Shown: piece after piece, positions 1-9,057 of the stretch
Layout of the letters: each line of letters opens with the position of its first letter
Position numbering within the stretch: position 1 is the first letter of the stretch
Virus record (IMG/VR): IMGVR_UViG_3300031912_000009
Span: 1,418 to 65,417 of that record
Strand: one strand, 5' to 3'
Length of the DNA: 64,000 bases
From: a virus
Lineage: Duplodnaviria; Caudoviricetes
Position numbers and translations under genes: made by a program
Notes under the pieces: generated by a model
Seen by the model: only the letters and a program-made list of their open reading frames with translations
What the model was told of the DNA's origin: nothing
Database searches by the model: none

Positions 1-2
1 AG

Positions 3-116
3 CGGCTGCGATCGGCATTAGAGCGGATAGCGGCGTCACCGGAAGGGGATTTGCCGGCGAACACGACGGAGGGTGCGATGTTAGCGGCGCTAGCGCGCGA
101 GGCATTGAGGAAGTGA
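3..116 (+). CDS. Hypothetical phage protein, 3' part only (truncated by window start)
   Basis: Open frame RLRSALERIAASPEG...ALAREALRK* ending at TGA 114-116, which overlaps the next ATG (TGATG). Confidence 0.4.
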   Translation, partial: RLRSALERIAASPEGDLPANTTEGAMLAALAREALRK

Positions 117-280
117 TGGCTGTTCCGAACAACGATCCGTTTTTCAACATGGCTCCGATGGTTCCGAATGCGCCTGATCCTGGGATCACGTCGGCGACCA
201 TGATGGCGGCTACCGTTGTGGTTCAGTCGACGGTAGCGGCGGTATCGGTTGGGGTAGTGGTGACGACGGGGGTGAAGTGA
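116..280 (+). CDS. Small hypothetical protein (54 aa)
   Basis: ATG at 116 after GAGGAAG; stop overlaps next start; hydrophobic C-terminus. Confidence 0.4.
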   Translation: MAVPNNDPFFNMAPMVPNAPDPGITSATMMAATVVVQSTVAAVSVGVVVTTGVK

Positions 281-450
281 TGGTGATTTTGTTGATGTGT
301 GTATTGGGCGGCTGGAACACGATCGCCTGTGTGACGACGGAGTATGCGACGATGGATGCGTGTTAGGCGGCGGTGAAGGAGTACACTGAGGTGGTTGGCA
401 AGAACTCGATTTTTGCGGCATGCACGCAGTCGGGCTGGACCGACCGATGA
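280..450 (+). pseudogene. Small secreted-type phage protein interrupted by an in-frame TAG (364-366)
   Basis: MVILLMCVLGGWNTIACVTTEYATMDAC*AAVKEYTEVVGKNSIFAACTQSGWTDR*; the distal TGA overlaps the next gene's ATG (ATGA). Confidence 0.45.
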
Positions 451-536
451 ATTATGTTGCCATTGGCATTATTGAGATCGTGCTTGGTGTTTGGTTTATT
501 GGTCTTGGCGTTATTGCGTTGACGGTGATGCGGTGA
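447..536 (+). CDS. Small single-pass membrane peptide (29 aa)
   Basis: MNYVAIGIIEIVLGVWFIGLGVIALTVMR; ATGA and GTGA overlaps with both neighbours. Confidence 0.45.
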   Translation: MNYVAIGIIEIVLGVWFIGLGVIALTVMR

Positions 537-2275
537 ACTTTCAGTCGCGCAAACTTTTAGCTGACATGTTTACGGCGAAGGCCGAGGCAGAGCGGCGCGA
601 GGCGCGTTATCTCCAGACCCAATATGGCTGGTACGACGACAACGGTGTGCGTCAGGGTGGGCTGATTGCATTTGTCAGATATTTTTGGTCGGTGCTCGAG
701 CCTGAGACACCGTTTGTGGATGGCTGGCCGTTATGGGCGATGTGCGAACATCTTGAGGCTGTGACTCGTGGCGAGATCAAAAGACTTTTAGTTAATGTTC
801 CCCCCGGTTTTATGAAGTCGATGTTGACGGACGTATTTTGGCCCGCGTTTGAGTGGGGTCCGATGGGGTTGGCGCATTATCGCTATGTGGCTTTTTCTTA
901 TTCGCAATTGCTGACCATGCGTGACAACGATCGCTTTCGGACTTTGATCACGTCGCCGAAGTATCAAGCGCTTTATGGATTGGAGACTTCTGCGCAGTTA
1001 GGCAAGCGTGAAGGCAAGTCGATCGGCATGAGGAATACGCAGATTGTGAAGGTCATGAACAACTCGACGGGTTGGAAGCTGGCGTCGTCGGTTGGTGGCG
1101 TGACGTTGGGAGAGAGAGGTGATCGTGTCATCATTGATGACCCTCATAACATGTTGGAAGCTGAGTCCGACATTGAAAGATCCAAAGCTGTGCGATGGTT
1201 TCGTGAGTCCGTATCCAGTCGTCTTAACGACTTGGATCGTGGAGCGATCGTCATCATCATGCAGCGCCTGCACGAAGACGACATCTCTGGGACGGCCCTT
1301 GGTGACGACTTCGACTACGTCCATTTGATGGTGCCTTGGGAGTTCGATCCGGCGCGTGCGTTTGATGATGATGGCAAAGTCATAACGAACGAGATCGGTT
1401 GGTACGATCCGCGGGCGGATGAAGACGACATTGACGCCAACAATGGCGAGCCGGCATGGCTCGATCGGTTTTCGGAAGCGGCGATAACGCGGACCCGCAA
1501 TGAGCTTGGGCCGTATGCATGGGCCTCGCAATACGAACAGTCGCCGGTTCCTCGCGGCAAGGGGATCTTTCAGCCGGAATGGTGGGGATTGTGGAACCCG
1601 GTCAACAAGACGTTTCCGGAATTTTCGTTCACGATTGCCAGCTTGGATGGCGCCTTTACGGACGATGAACAGAACGATCCGTCTGCTTTGACGGTTTGGG
1701 GAATTTTTGACACGACCACTGGCAAGCGGGGGATCATGCTGGTGGCGGCATGGGCCAAGCATTTGCAGTTCAGTTCGAAGCGGATCGAGCGGGCGCCGAC
1801 TGAAACTTATTCGATGTGGAAACAGCGCACGTCTGGCAAATGGGGATTGATCGAGTGGGTGTACGATAGCTGCACTTGGCTGTACGGCCGCGAGTTCAAA
1901 GTTGACCGATTATTGATTGAGGATAAGGGGCCGGGACATAGCGCGGCGCAGGAAATCCGCAACCGTTATGGGATACATGAATTTGGGGTTCAATTGGTCA
2001 AGACTAAGGGGGATAAAGTCTCGCGCGCGTTAGCGATTCAGCCGATTTTTTCCAATGGACTGGTGTGGTCGCCGAATTATGATTGGGCTGAACTGGTGAT
2101 TCGGCAAGCCGCCAAATTCCCGTTTGATAGACACGACGACTTAGTGGATTCGATGACGCAGGCGTTGCGGTTCGCCCGCGATGCCGGCTTGCTGCAATCT
2201 GACGAAGAACGGTCCTTTGCCGATCGGGAAACGATGACGCACCGACCCAAACAGAAGGCACTGTACCCGGTGTAA
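533..2275 (+). CDS. terL: Terminase large subunit
   Basis: ATPase motifs LLVNVPPGFMKS and IIDDPH; nuclease motifs DGAF..D.SA, IEDKGPG, HDDLVDSMTQAL. GTG start at 533 preferred over 491 because of GTGA coupling. Confidence 0.95.
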   Translation: MNFQSRKLLADMFTAKAEAERREARYLQTQYGWYDDNGVRQGGLIAFVRYFWSVLEPETPFVDGWPLWAMCEHLEAVTRGEIKRLLVNVPPGFMKSMLTDVFWPAFEWGPMGLAHYRYVAFSYSQLLTMRDNDRFRTLITSPKYQALYGLETSAQLGKREGKSIGMRNTQIVKVMNNSTGWKLASSVGGVTLGERGDRVIIDDPHNMLEAESDIERSKAVRWFRESVSSRLNDLDRGAIVIIMQRLHEDDISGTALGDDFDYVHLMVPWEFDPARAFDDDGKVITNEIGWYDPRADEDDIDANNGEPAWLDRFSEAAITRTRNELGPYAWASQYEQSPVPRGKGIFQPEWWGLWNPVNKTFPEFSFTIASLDGAFTDDEQNDPSALTVWGIFDTTTGKRGIMLVAAWAKHLQFSSKRIERAPTETYSMWKQRTSGKWGLIEWVYDSCTWLYGREFKVDRLLIEDKGPGHSAAQEIRNRYGIHEFGVQLVKTKGDKVSRALAIQPIFSNGLVWSPNYDWAELVIRQAAKFPFDRHDDLVDSMTQALRFARDAGLLQSDEERSFADRETMTHRPKQKALYPV

Positions 2276-2285
2276 GGGTGTCGCC

Positions 2286-3794
2286 ATGGGGTGGATCTCT
2301 GGCCTTTGGCAAGCCGTTAAGAGGTTTTTCAAGCGATCCCGGTCTGTTCGGGAAAAACAGGTAAACGAGGCTCCGAAATCAAGCTCGTTTACCCCTCCTG
2401 GGATGGCAAACCTGTCCTATGGGGGTGCGCTTGATGGGACCAGCCCCGAAACCATGGCCAAGCATTTGGCGCAAATGCCGATGAATCGGGCGCAGCGGCG
2501 CCGGGTCAGTGCTTTGGAACGGGCACGGCTGAAGCACGACAAGTTTGTCAAGCCGAAGGGACCGGAGCCGCTGCCTTATGAGTCGCGCGAGCCGGCGCCG
2601 GCACCAACGCTGAAGCTCCCCGCGGGGCCTGTGGCTGAAGTTCCGGCGGCTGAAAGTGGGGTGAAGGATGCTGACTTAGTCATCGCCGACCACTACTGGA
2701 ACGATCCGGAGGGTGAGAAAGTCCTGTACAAGGAACAGGAGTTTTTGGGCGAGTTCTATTTCCGCGACACCATCCTCGATCAGCTAGAGCGCTACTTTTT
2801 CTATCTAGCGCGGATGAAGCGGCGCGATCCTGGCAGTTATGGTTTCTACCGGGAATTAGGCGCGACGTTGATACCGTACTCGCTGAGTAAATGGCTCGAT
2901 GATGATGACGAAGATGATGGCTACAGCAAATTTGATATTCTTAAGCACGCCCAATTGAGTGAGTGGTTCAACAAGACCCGGCCGGCGTTCGGCTGCGTGG
3001 CCTATGGCACCGATCCTTATACCGAAGGTAAGGAAAAGCAGTTCACTACAAGTCTGAAGCGGGCTTACTACCGACCGAAGTTTCTGTACTTCCGCAAATA
3101 TCAGGTTCCACCTCCGACCGTGCAGCCGATGCATGGTGGCGATGTGTATGGCATGACGCTGTGGTGGGATCGACCCGGTATTACTAAGCGCGGCGGTTAT
3201 CCGCAGGAATACTGGGTTCACGTTTCCAAGGATGGCAAGCGTATAAGGCTTCTAAAGGAACTGGACTTTCATGGTGGCTATTGGCGCAGTTGGCAGATAC
3301 CGCCGACTTACCAGCGCTGTGCCAAGAAATATCATGTCTCGGCTGAGTTGTTTCTGGCCGCTTGTTTCTGCGATGCGGCGCGTTATTGCGAGTATCCAAA
3401 TTATGCCATGCTGCGGGTGTCAGTCGCCAATGACGAGGACATGCATGCAGTATTCAATCTAGAAGTGAAGCGCACGCCATATTTCTTTAAGGATCGTGAC
3501 ATTCAATTGAATGATCGTGGTCATCGGAAGCGTATCTTGCATATCGTCCGGCCCCACGTTCGTAAGGATGGCACTATCGTGCCAATGCATTTTGCCGGGA
3601 TTAAGAAATTTGATTGGGCTGGTTATCACGTCAACATCACAATTCCCGGCCGCGATCACTGCATGATCCAAGAATTCGACTACGGTGTGCTTGGTGACAA
3701 GACAAAGTATAAAGACACGATAACTGAACCGGAAGCCGGCAAGCTGTTCGCCAAATGGATCAAGACTGGCGAAGGCGCATGGCGCGGAGCTTAA
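2286..3794 (+). CDS. Hypothetical protein (502 aa)
   Basis: Long ORF with amphipathic N-terminus; no family recognised. Confidence 0.8.
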   Translation: MGWISGLWQAVKRFFKRSRSVREKQVNEAPKSSSFTPPGMANLSYGGALDGTSPETMAKHLAQMPMNRAQRRRVSALERARLKHDKFVKPKGPEPLPYESREPAPAPTLKLPAGPVAEVPAAESGVKDADLVIADHYWNDPEGEKVLYKEQEFLGEFYFRDTILDQLERYFFYLARMKRRDPGSYGFYRELGATLIPYSLSKWLDDDDEDDGYSKFDILKHAQLSEWFNKTRPAFGCVAYGTDPYTEGKEKQFTTSLKRAYYRPKFLYFRKYQVPPPTVQPMHGGDVYGMTLWWDRPGITKRGGYPQEYWVHVSKDGKRIRLLKELDFHGGYWRSWQIPPTYQRCAKKYHVSAELFLAACFCDAARYCEYPNYAMLRVSVANDEDMHAVFNLEVKRTPYFFKDRDIQLNDRGHRKRILHIVRPHVRKDGTIVPMHFAGIKKFDWAGYHVNITIPGRDHCMIQEFDYGVLGDKTKYKDTITEPEAGKLFAKWIKTGEGAWRGA

Positions 3795-3886
3795 GAGGAG
3801 GGTCAACTCATACGCAGCCGATGGTGACAACGGGCGTGCGGTGTACTTTCACCTTCACCGCAACAAGGTTCGGTTCCGTCCTCCTC
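3795..3886 (+). ncRNA. Candidate structured, tRNA-sized non-coding RNA
   Basis: GAGGAGG (3795-3801) pairs with CCTCCTC (3880-3886); internal stems GTCA/TGAC and TGCGGTG/CACCGCA; GG-TTCGGTT-CC T-loop-like element; no canonical anticodon arm or CCA. Confidence 0.3.
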
Positions 3887-3943
3887 GCCGGCTTTTTGGG
3901 ATAGCCGGTAGATCATAACGGTGAAACCGGACAAGTCACCGAA

Positions 3944-3972
3944 TTCACTCTGAAACGATTCAGTGATATATG
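3944..3972 (+). promoter_or_regulatory. Putative sigma70-type promoter with extended -10
   Basis: TTCACT-17 nt-TATATG with TG at the extended position, upstream of RBS AAGGAGAGG and ATG 4004. Confidence 0.35.
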
Positions 3973-4003
3973 GGATTTGGGTGGGGCCAGAAGGAGAGGC
4001 CTC

Positions 4004-4408
4004 ATGTGCGACTATTCACTTCAGAACGTTACCTCTCGGCCGGCCAAAGTCGGCGACAAGCTCTTCACCAAAAATTTCGGTACTGGCACAGCCGGCTTTG
4101 CGTCCGTCGATAACGCGAAGGTCTGTGTCTGCGTGCTTCCCGGTACGGAGCTTGCGTTCGAAGAACCAGTTGCGGTGCGAGCGCTGACGTGGACTGGCAA
4201 GGTAAGCTACTACAACAAAGTCGCTATCTTCCGTCAGATCAATACGTATAATCCGCACACGCATCACGATGCGCTGGAGTTTGCGGACGGCACGCAGATT
4301 CTGTTGACTCGCCTCGCTGAAGATCAATACGCGACAGTGCTGCAAATGCCTGTAGCCACGACACCGGAAGAAGCTAAGCAGATCGAGCGCATTCCGATTA
4401 AGGGGTAA
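4004..4408 (+). CDS. Conserved hypothetical protein resembling a rhizobial chromosomal family (MCDYSL...RPAKVG)
   Basis: MCDYSLQNVTSRPAKVG, VCVLPGTELAF, HHDALEFADG, ATVLQMP motifs recalled from Bradyrhizobium-type hypothetical proteins; strong RBS. Confidence 0.7.
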   Translation: MCDYSLQNVTSRPAKVGDKLFTKNFGTGTAGFASVDNAKVCVCVLPGTELAFEEPVAVRALTWTGKVSYYNKVAIFRQINTYNPHTHHDALEFADGTQILLTRLAEDQYATVLQMPVATTPEEAKQIERIPIKG

Positions 4409-4409
4409 G

Positions 4410-4661
4410 ATGGTGGCGCACACTCAGCCGATCTTCATCGGCCAGCTAAATGACAACCAACGCGACTGCGTGGACAAGCTGCGCGAATGCCTGGAGGAGG
4501 CTGAACGTGGCAACATTCATTCAGTCGCGATCGTCGCTTGTATGAAGAAGGGGTTCGGTGCGGTGATTGGCGGCACCAACGCGGCAGAGCTAAACCTTGG
4601 TTTAGATAGTCTGAAGAAGACGATCCTAGAGCGTATTACGCAGCCAGTTCTTAAGATGTGA
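4410..4661 (+). CDS. Hypothetical protein
   Basis: 83-aa ORF tightly packed in the operon. Confidence 0.7.
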   Translation: MVAHTQPIFIGQLNDNQRDCVDKLRECLEEAERGNIHSVAIVACMKKGFGAVIGGTNAAELNLGLDSLKKTILERITQPVLKM

Positions 4662-4662
4662 C

Positions 4663-4938
4663 ATGGACGACGATAGAAAAAAACAGGCGCAGTTGCTGAT
4701 ACGAAACTTGCAGCATTATGCCGACATCAGCGATGGCAGTGATAATTATCAGTTGAATTTGATCAGTGTCGGTTTGTTGTTGGAAGAGATCGCACGGTTG
4801 CGCGGTGGAGCTATTCCGGTCTATTCGTTTGCCTCGCTACGCGATGAGATCAGGGCTGATGCTGCGCGCAAGAAACGCATTGCCGAAGGTATTGGTGCCG
4901 AAGTGAAAGAATTCCCAAAGGATAAGGATTCAGCCTAA
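4663..4938 (+). CDS. Hypothetical protein
   Basis: 91-aa ORF; stop overlaps the portal start. Confidence 0.7.
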   Translation: MDDDRKKQAQLLIRNLQHYADISDGSDNYQLNLISVGLLLEEIARLRGGAIPVYSFASLRDEIRADAARKKRIAEGIGAEVKEFPKDKDSA

Positions 4939-7388
4939 TGGCTGATGGGCTAGGCACTGCGGTGACTGGCGTTCAGGTGGTGGTGGACGAGGACGATAAT
5001 TCGGTCCGCGTCGATCCCGCATCCGGCACCGTCGAGCGCGATCAGCCGGACGGCGGCGTGGTCGTACAGTTCAATGCCATCCGTCGTGCCGAGAATGAGC
5101 CGGATAAGTTTGACGCTAACCTTGCCGAAAGCCTCGACGGCATGCGGCTGGGCCAGATCGGCGAGGAAATGTTTGAAGCGATCGAGGCCGATGATCGATC
5201 GCGCAAAGGTTATTTGAACGTAGTCGATCGGGCCATGGATTTCCTTGGCCTGGACATGAAAGAACCGCGGGTGACCTCCGCGGATAGCTCGGCCGCGGTG
5301 GAAGGCCAAAGCCAAGTCACCAACCCGCTGTTGCTTGAATCGGTCCTGAAATCTTGGGCCAATTCACAGGGCGAGCTTCTGCCGGCCGAAGGTCCGGTGA
5401 AAGTCGATCAAGGCTTTGGCGAAGCTGCGGTGCAGGAGGACGACCTAGCTGAAGCCTTAGAGCGCGATTTCAATTACTGGCTGACCACGACTGCGACCGA
5501 ATACTATCCCGACACCTCGCATATGCTGCTGTGGGGTACGCATTTCAAAGGCAGCGGCTTCAAGAAAGTCTATTACTGCTTGCGGCGCCGCCGGCCAGTA
5601 TCGGAATCGGTCGATGCGCGCGATCTGATCGTGTCTGACACTGTCAAAGACCTGAAATCGTGCGAGCGCATCACGCATCAAATCCTGATGCGCAAATCCG
5701 ATTTGCATCGCATGCAAATGCTGGGTGCTTATCGTGAGGTGACGGGGCTGACACCACCCTATCATCAGATCGATGTGGTCGAAGGCAAGATCGGAGAAAT
5801 CCAAGGCACGCAGCCATCGACCCGGCCTGAAGATCAGCCTTATACGATTTGGGAAAGTCAGTGTGAGCTTGATCTGCCGGAATATGCGCCGAAGAAATTC
5901 AAAGGCACAGGCGTGCGGTTGCCATATCTGATGACGATGGAGAAAGAAACCAAACAGATCCTGGCGATCCGCAGGAACTGGGAAGAAGATGACGAACAAT
6001 GTGAACGCAAGCAGATGTACGTCAAGTACCCATACATTCCCGGTCCCGGTTTTTATGGCACGGGGATGATTGGCGTGGTGGGTAACTGTTCTATGGCGAT
6101 GACGGCAGCGTGGCGCGAGGCGCTCGATGCCGGGATGTTTGCCAATTTCCCGTCTGGCACGATTGCCAAGATCGGCGGCAGGCAAAACACTACCGACATG
6201 CGGCTTTCACCGGGCGTCTTCCAGCCTGTCGAAACGGGAGGCCAACCTATCAACCATGTCGTAGCACCCTTGCCGTACCGCGATGTCACGCCGGGACTTC
6301 TTAGCCTTATGGATAAGATCACCCAGCAAGCCAAAGAGGTCGGCGGCGTTGCGGATCTCCCGGCCGGCGAGGGAATCCAGAACGTTCCCGTGGGAACGAT
6401 GATGGCGAATATAGAACAAGCAACAAAAGTCATCAGCGCTTCGCACAAAGGCATGCATACGGCGCAAGCTGAAGAGATCGGATTGATTGCTGATCTATTC
6501 CGTCAGTATCCGGAGGACTTTTGGAAATCCAATAAGGTCTGTCCGGAAGGTTTTTGGGACGAACAAAAATTCATTCAGGCTTTGGAAAGCTGTCATCTAA
6601 CACCGCGGTCAGATCCAAACACGCCAAGCCATCTGCATCGTTTGGCGATTGCGCTCGGCCTCGTGCAGCTAGCCGGCCAGCCAGTGTTTACGCCATTTTT
6701 CAATATCAAAGAGCTTTTAACGCGGGTGATGCGGATCATTCGTGTTGATATCGCTGGCCTGCTTCAAGACCCACCTCCGATGCCGCCAGATGCGAACCAG
6801 AAGCCGGGTCCGGACCCGTTGATTGGTCAGGCCAGGATGTTGCAAGCGCAGACCGATGCGCAGGAAGCGACTACCAAGGCGCAACTCGGACAGCAGCAAG
6901 TGCAGTTGGGTCAGGCCAAATTGCAAACTCAGCGCGATATGGCGTCAGCCGAACTTGGCAAGGAAATGATCATCCATCAGCGCGATACGCAGCGTGAAGA
7001 CGTGAATAACGCACGGCAGGCGCAACTTGATGCCTCTCAGCAGGCCCATGATGCGCGGATGGATGTTGCCGGCCAGCGGCTCGATGTAGCTCAATTGGCG
7101 CACGATCGTCAGGTCGATGCTGCTAACATGCAGCACGAACAGCGTCAGCAGATGCTTGACGCGCATCAGCAAGCGCACGAACAGCACATGGAACGCGGCG
7201 GTTTGGCGCTCGATCATGCGCAGTTCCAGCACGATCGGCAGTTCGATATGAGCGAACATGCTTTGAATGCCGCGCAGCTAGGACAGGATCGAGAACAGTT
7301 GGCACATGATCGGGAAAATGATATGGCGGAACACGCGCTAAACGTTCACACTGCGCTGCATCCGCCCAAACCAGCGGGGAAGAAGTAA
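4938..7388 (+). CDS. Portal protein (P22-like) with long Gln/His-rich C-terminal coiled coil
   Basis: 816 aa downstream of terL; motifs GSGFKKVYY, YIPGPGFYGTG, DAGMFANFP, PVGTMMANIE typical of this portal class. Confidence 0.88.
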   Translation: MADGLGTAVTGVQVVVDEDDNSVRVDPASGTVERDQPDGGVVVQFNAIRRAENEPDKFDANLAESLDGMRLGQIGEEMFEAIEADDRSRKGYLNVVDRAMDFLGLDMKEPRVTSADSSAAVEGQSQVTNPLLLESVLKSWANSQGELLPAEGPVKVDQGFGEAAVQEDDLAEALERDFNYWLTTTATEYYPDTSHMLLWGTHFKGSGFKKVYYCLRRRRPVSESVDARDLIVSDTVKDLKSCERITHQILMRKSDLHRMQMLGAYREVTGLTPPYHQIDVVEGKIGEIQGTQPSTRPEDQPYTIWESQCELDLPEYAPKKFKGTGVRLPYLMTMEKETKQILAIRRNWEEDDEQCERKQMYVKYPYIPGPGFYGTGMIGVVGNCSMAMTAAWREALDAGMFANFPSGTIAKIGGRQNTTDMRLSPGVFQPVETGGQPINHVVAPLPYRDVTPGLLSLMDKITQQAKEVGGVADLPAGEGIQNVPVGTMMANIEQATKVISASHKGMHTAQAEEIGLIADLFRQYPEDFWKSNKVCPEGFWDEQKFIQALESCHLTPRSDPNTPSHLHRLAIALGLVQLAGQPVFTPFFNIKELLTRVMRIIRVDIAGLLQDPPPMPPDANQKPGPDPLIGQARMLQAQTDAQEATTKAQLGQQQVQLGQAKLQTQRDMASAELGKEMIIHQRDTQREDVNNARQAQLDASQQAHDARMDVAGQRLDVAQLAHDRQVDAANMQHEQRQQMLDAHQQAHEQHMERGGLALDHAQFQHDRQFDMSEHALNAAQLGQDREQLAHDRENDMAEHALNVHTALHPPKPAGKK

Positions 7389-8348
7389 ATGGCGCATCCT
7401 CATAACGAACATCGCGACCACAAGGTACAGCACCGTAGAGTGCACCACATCACTGGCGGCTTAGGTGATGGTGGTTATTCGCACAGCGCAGCCGGCACCG
7501 ATATGATTAAGGTGCGTAAGCACGCCTCCAAAGTTGTGCATCGAGCCAAAGGTGGTCGCGTTAAGGTTCGTGCCGATCGACCTCGCCGCAAGCATGGTGG
7601 TGAGGTCGAACACGACCGCAAAGAACAGTTAGGCAAGGATGATTTGAAGCCATTCGAAGGCGCATCCGACAACGATAAGTCGGTGCATCGCGCGAAAGGT
7701 GGTCGCGCTAAGCATAAAGGACACACTACTGTGAACGTAATGGTCAGTCCTCATGCGGGCGGGCCATTGCCGGGTGGAGCGGCGATTCCCACCCCACCCC
7801 CAGCCGCTCCACCCCCACCTATGCGTCCACCGATGGCGGTTCCGCCACCCGGCATGCCGCCACCCGGTGCAATGGCGCCGCCCGGTGGCTTACCTGTTCG
7901 GCCACCGGGTTTGCCGCCGCCAGGACTTCCTCCAGGCATGCCGATGCGTAAGAAGGGCGGCCGGGTTGGTCCGCAAGATGGTCCGGCCTATCAGGAAGGG
8001 GTGCGTGCGCGTCCCGTCGACCATGCGCCAGGAAAGATGGATCGCAAGGATATTGGCCGCGGCCCGGTGATTACGCGCAAGCGTGGCGGCGGCGTGAAAT
8101 CAGCCGGTCTTGGTACGCACCATACCTCGAAATACAAAGCGGCAAAGATGGCCGGCGGACTTGAGCCGCCATCCGGTCCTACGCACGAGCGTGGCAATCC
8201 GATGGAACATCCGCATCATGCCGGCGCCGGCAAGATCGGATCGGAGAAAGGGCCGATGGGGCCGGATTATAATGTCGGGTCCGGTGGCGGCCTCGCGCGG
8301 CTTGCAAAAGTCCCGCGCGCGAAGAAATTCCAAAACAGGCTGCCGTAA
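7389..8348 (+). CDS. Basic His/Lys/Pro-rich head-associated (internal) protein
   Basis: Repeated [RK]xKGGRV motifs and a poly-Pro tract; located between portal and scaffold. Confidence 0.7.
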   Translation: MAHPHNEHRDHKVQHRRVHHITGGLGDGGYSHSAAGTDMIKVRKHASKVVHRAKGGRVKVRADRPRRKHGGEVEHDRKEQLGKDDLKPFEGASDNDKSVHRAKGGRAKHKGHTTVNVMVSPHAGGPLPGGAAIPTPPPAAPPPPMRPPMAVPPPGMPPPGAMAPPGGLPVRPPGLPPPGLPPGMPMRKKGGRVGPQDGPAYQEGVRARPVDHAPGKMDRKDIGRGPVITRKRGGGVKSAGLGTHHTSKYKAAKMAGGLEPPSGPTHERGNPMEHPHHAGAGKIGSEKGPMGPDYNVGSGGGLARLAKVPRAKKFQNRLP

Positions 8349-8581
8349 TGACCGGGCCTGATCGGTTGAAGCCATCAGCGGTGAGCTTCTATCCGCTGGA
8401 TCACCCGGCGCTCAACATCACTGCTAAACAGCGGATAGCAAAGCTGCGGCAGCAACTGCGCGAGGAACTGGAACTTGCATCCGATTGGTCCGATCAGAGA
8501 TATCGGGTTGGTATGATCCGCGGCTTGGAGCTTGCGCTTAATGAAATTGAGGCTGTGTTTGAGGAGTTAACCCACGCTTAG
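8348..8581 (+). CDS. Hypothetical head-module protein
   Basis: 77 aa ending YRVGMIRGLELALNEIE, typical of the small gene after the portal. Confidence 0.7.
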   Translation: MTGPDRLKPSAVSFYPLDHPALNITAKQRIAKLRQQLREELELASDWSDQRYRVGMIRGLELALNEIEAVFEELTHA

Positions 8582-8625
8582 GGAAGTGCGCCGCATGGGG
8601 GTGGGAAAACCCATGAGGCGGGAAT

Positions 8626-9057
8626 TTGGTTTCGGCAGCGAGTACTCTTCGGCAGATCGCCGAAGAAAGCGGATCAGATCCGCGCGGCGCGGTCTTACGC
8701 GCCGTAGGTGATTTTTCTGGTATCGGAGTGGCGGCGCAACAGGTCTTGGTTGCGTCCTATATCCGTCCTGAGACAACGCGGGGCGGGATTATCCGCGTTG
8801 ATAAAGCGCTGATGGAAGATCGCTTTCAAGGCAAGGTCGGCCTTGTATTGAAGATCGGAACCCTCGCCTTTCAAGACGATAGCGTCAACAAATTCGGTGG
8901 CTTCTCGGTCCAGCCGGGAGAATGGGCGATCTATCGCCCGTCAGATGGTCTGGAACTGTTTCATGTTGCTGACAATGGGCGGGATGCGGCGCCGATCCGG
9001 CTGTTCGCGGATACCAGCATTGTCGGCAAGGTCGATGATCCGTGGAGAATTTACTGA
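8626..9057 (+). CDS. GroES/Cpn10-like co-chaperonin
   Basis: QVLV...ETTRGGIIR...GKVGLVLKIG...VQPGEWAIY matches the Cpn10 pattern; TTG start. Confidence 0.75.
   Translation: MVSAASTLRQIAEESGSDPRGAVLRAVGDFSGIGVAAQQVLVASYIRPETTRGGIIRVDKALMEDRFQGKVGLVLKIGTLAFQDDSVNKFGGFSVQPGEWAIYRPSDGLELFHVADNGRDAAPIRLFADTSIVGKVDDPWRIY

Noticed and set aside
3795-3890. Functional canonical tRNA (including tRNA-Sec)
   Set aside because: No proper D-arm or 7-nt anticodon loop, a weak T-stem and no CCA; kept only as a structured RNA candidate.
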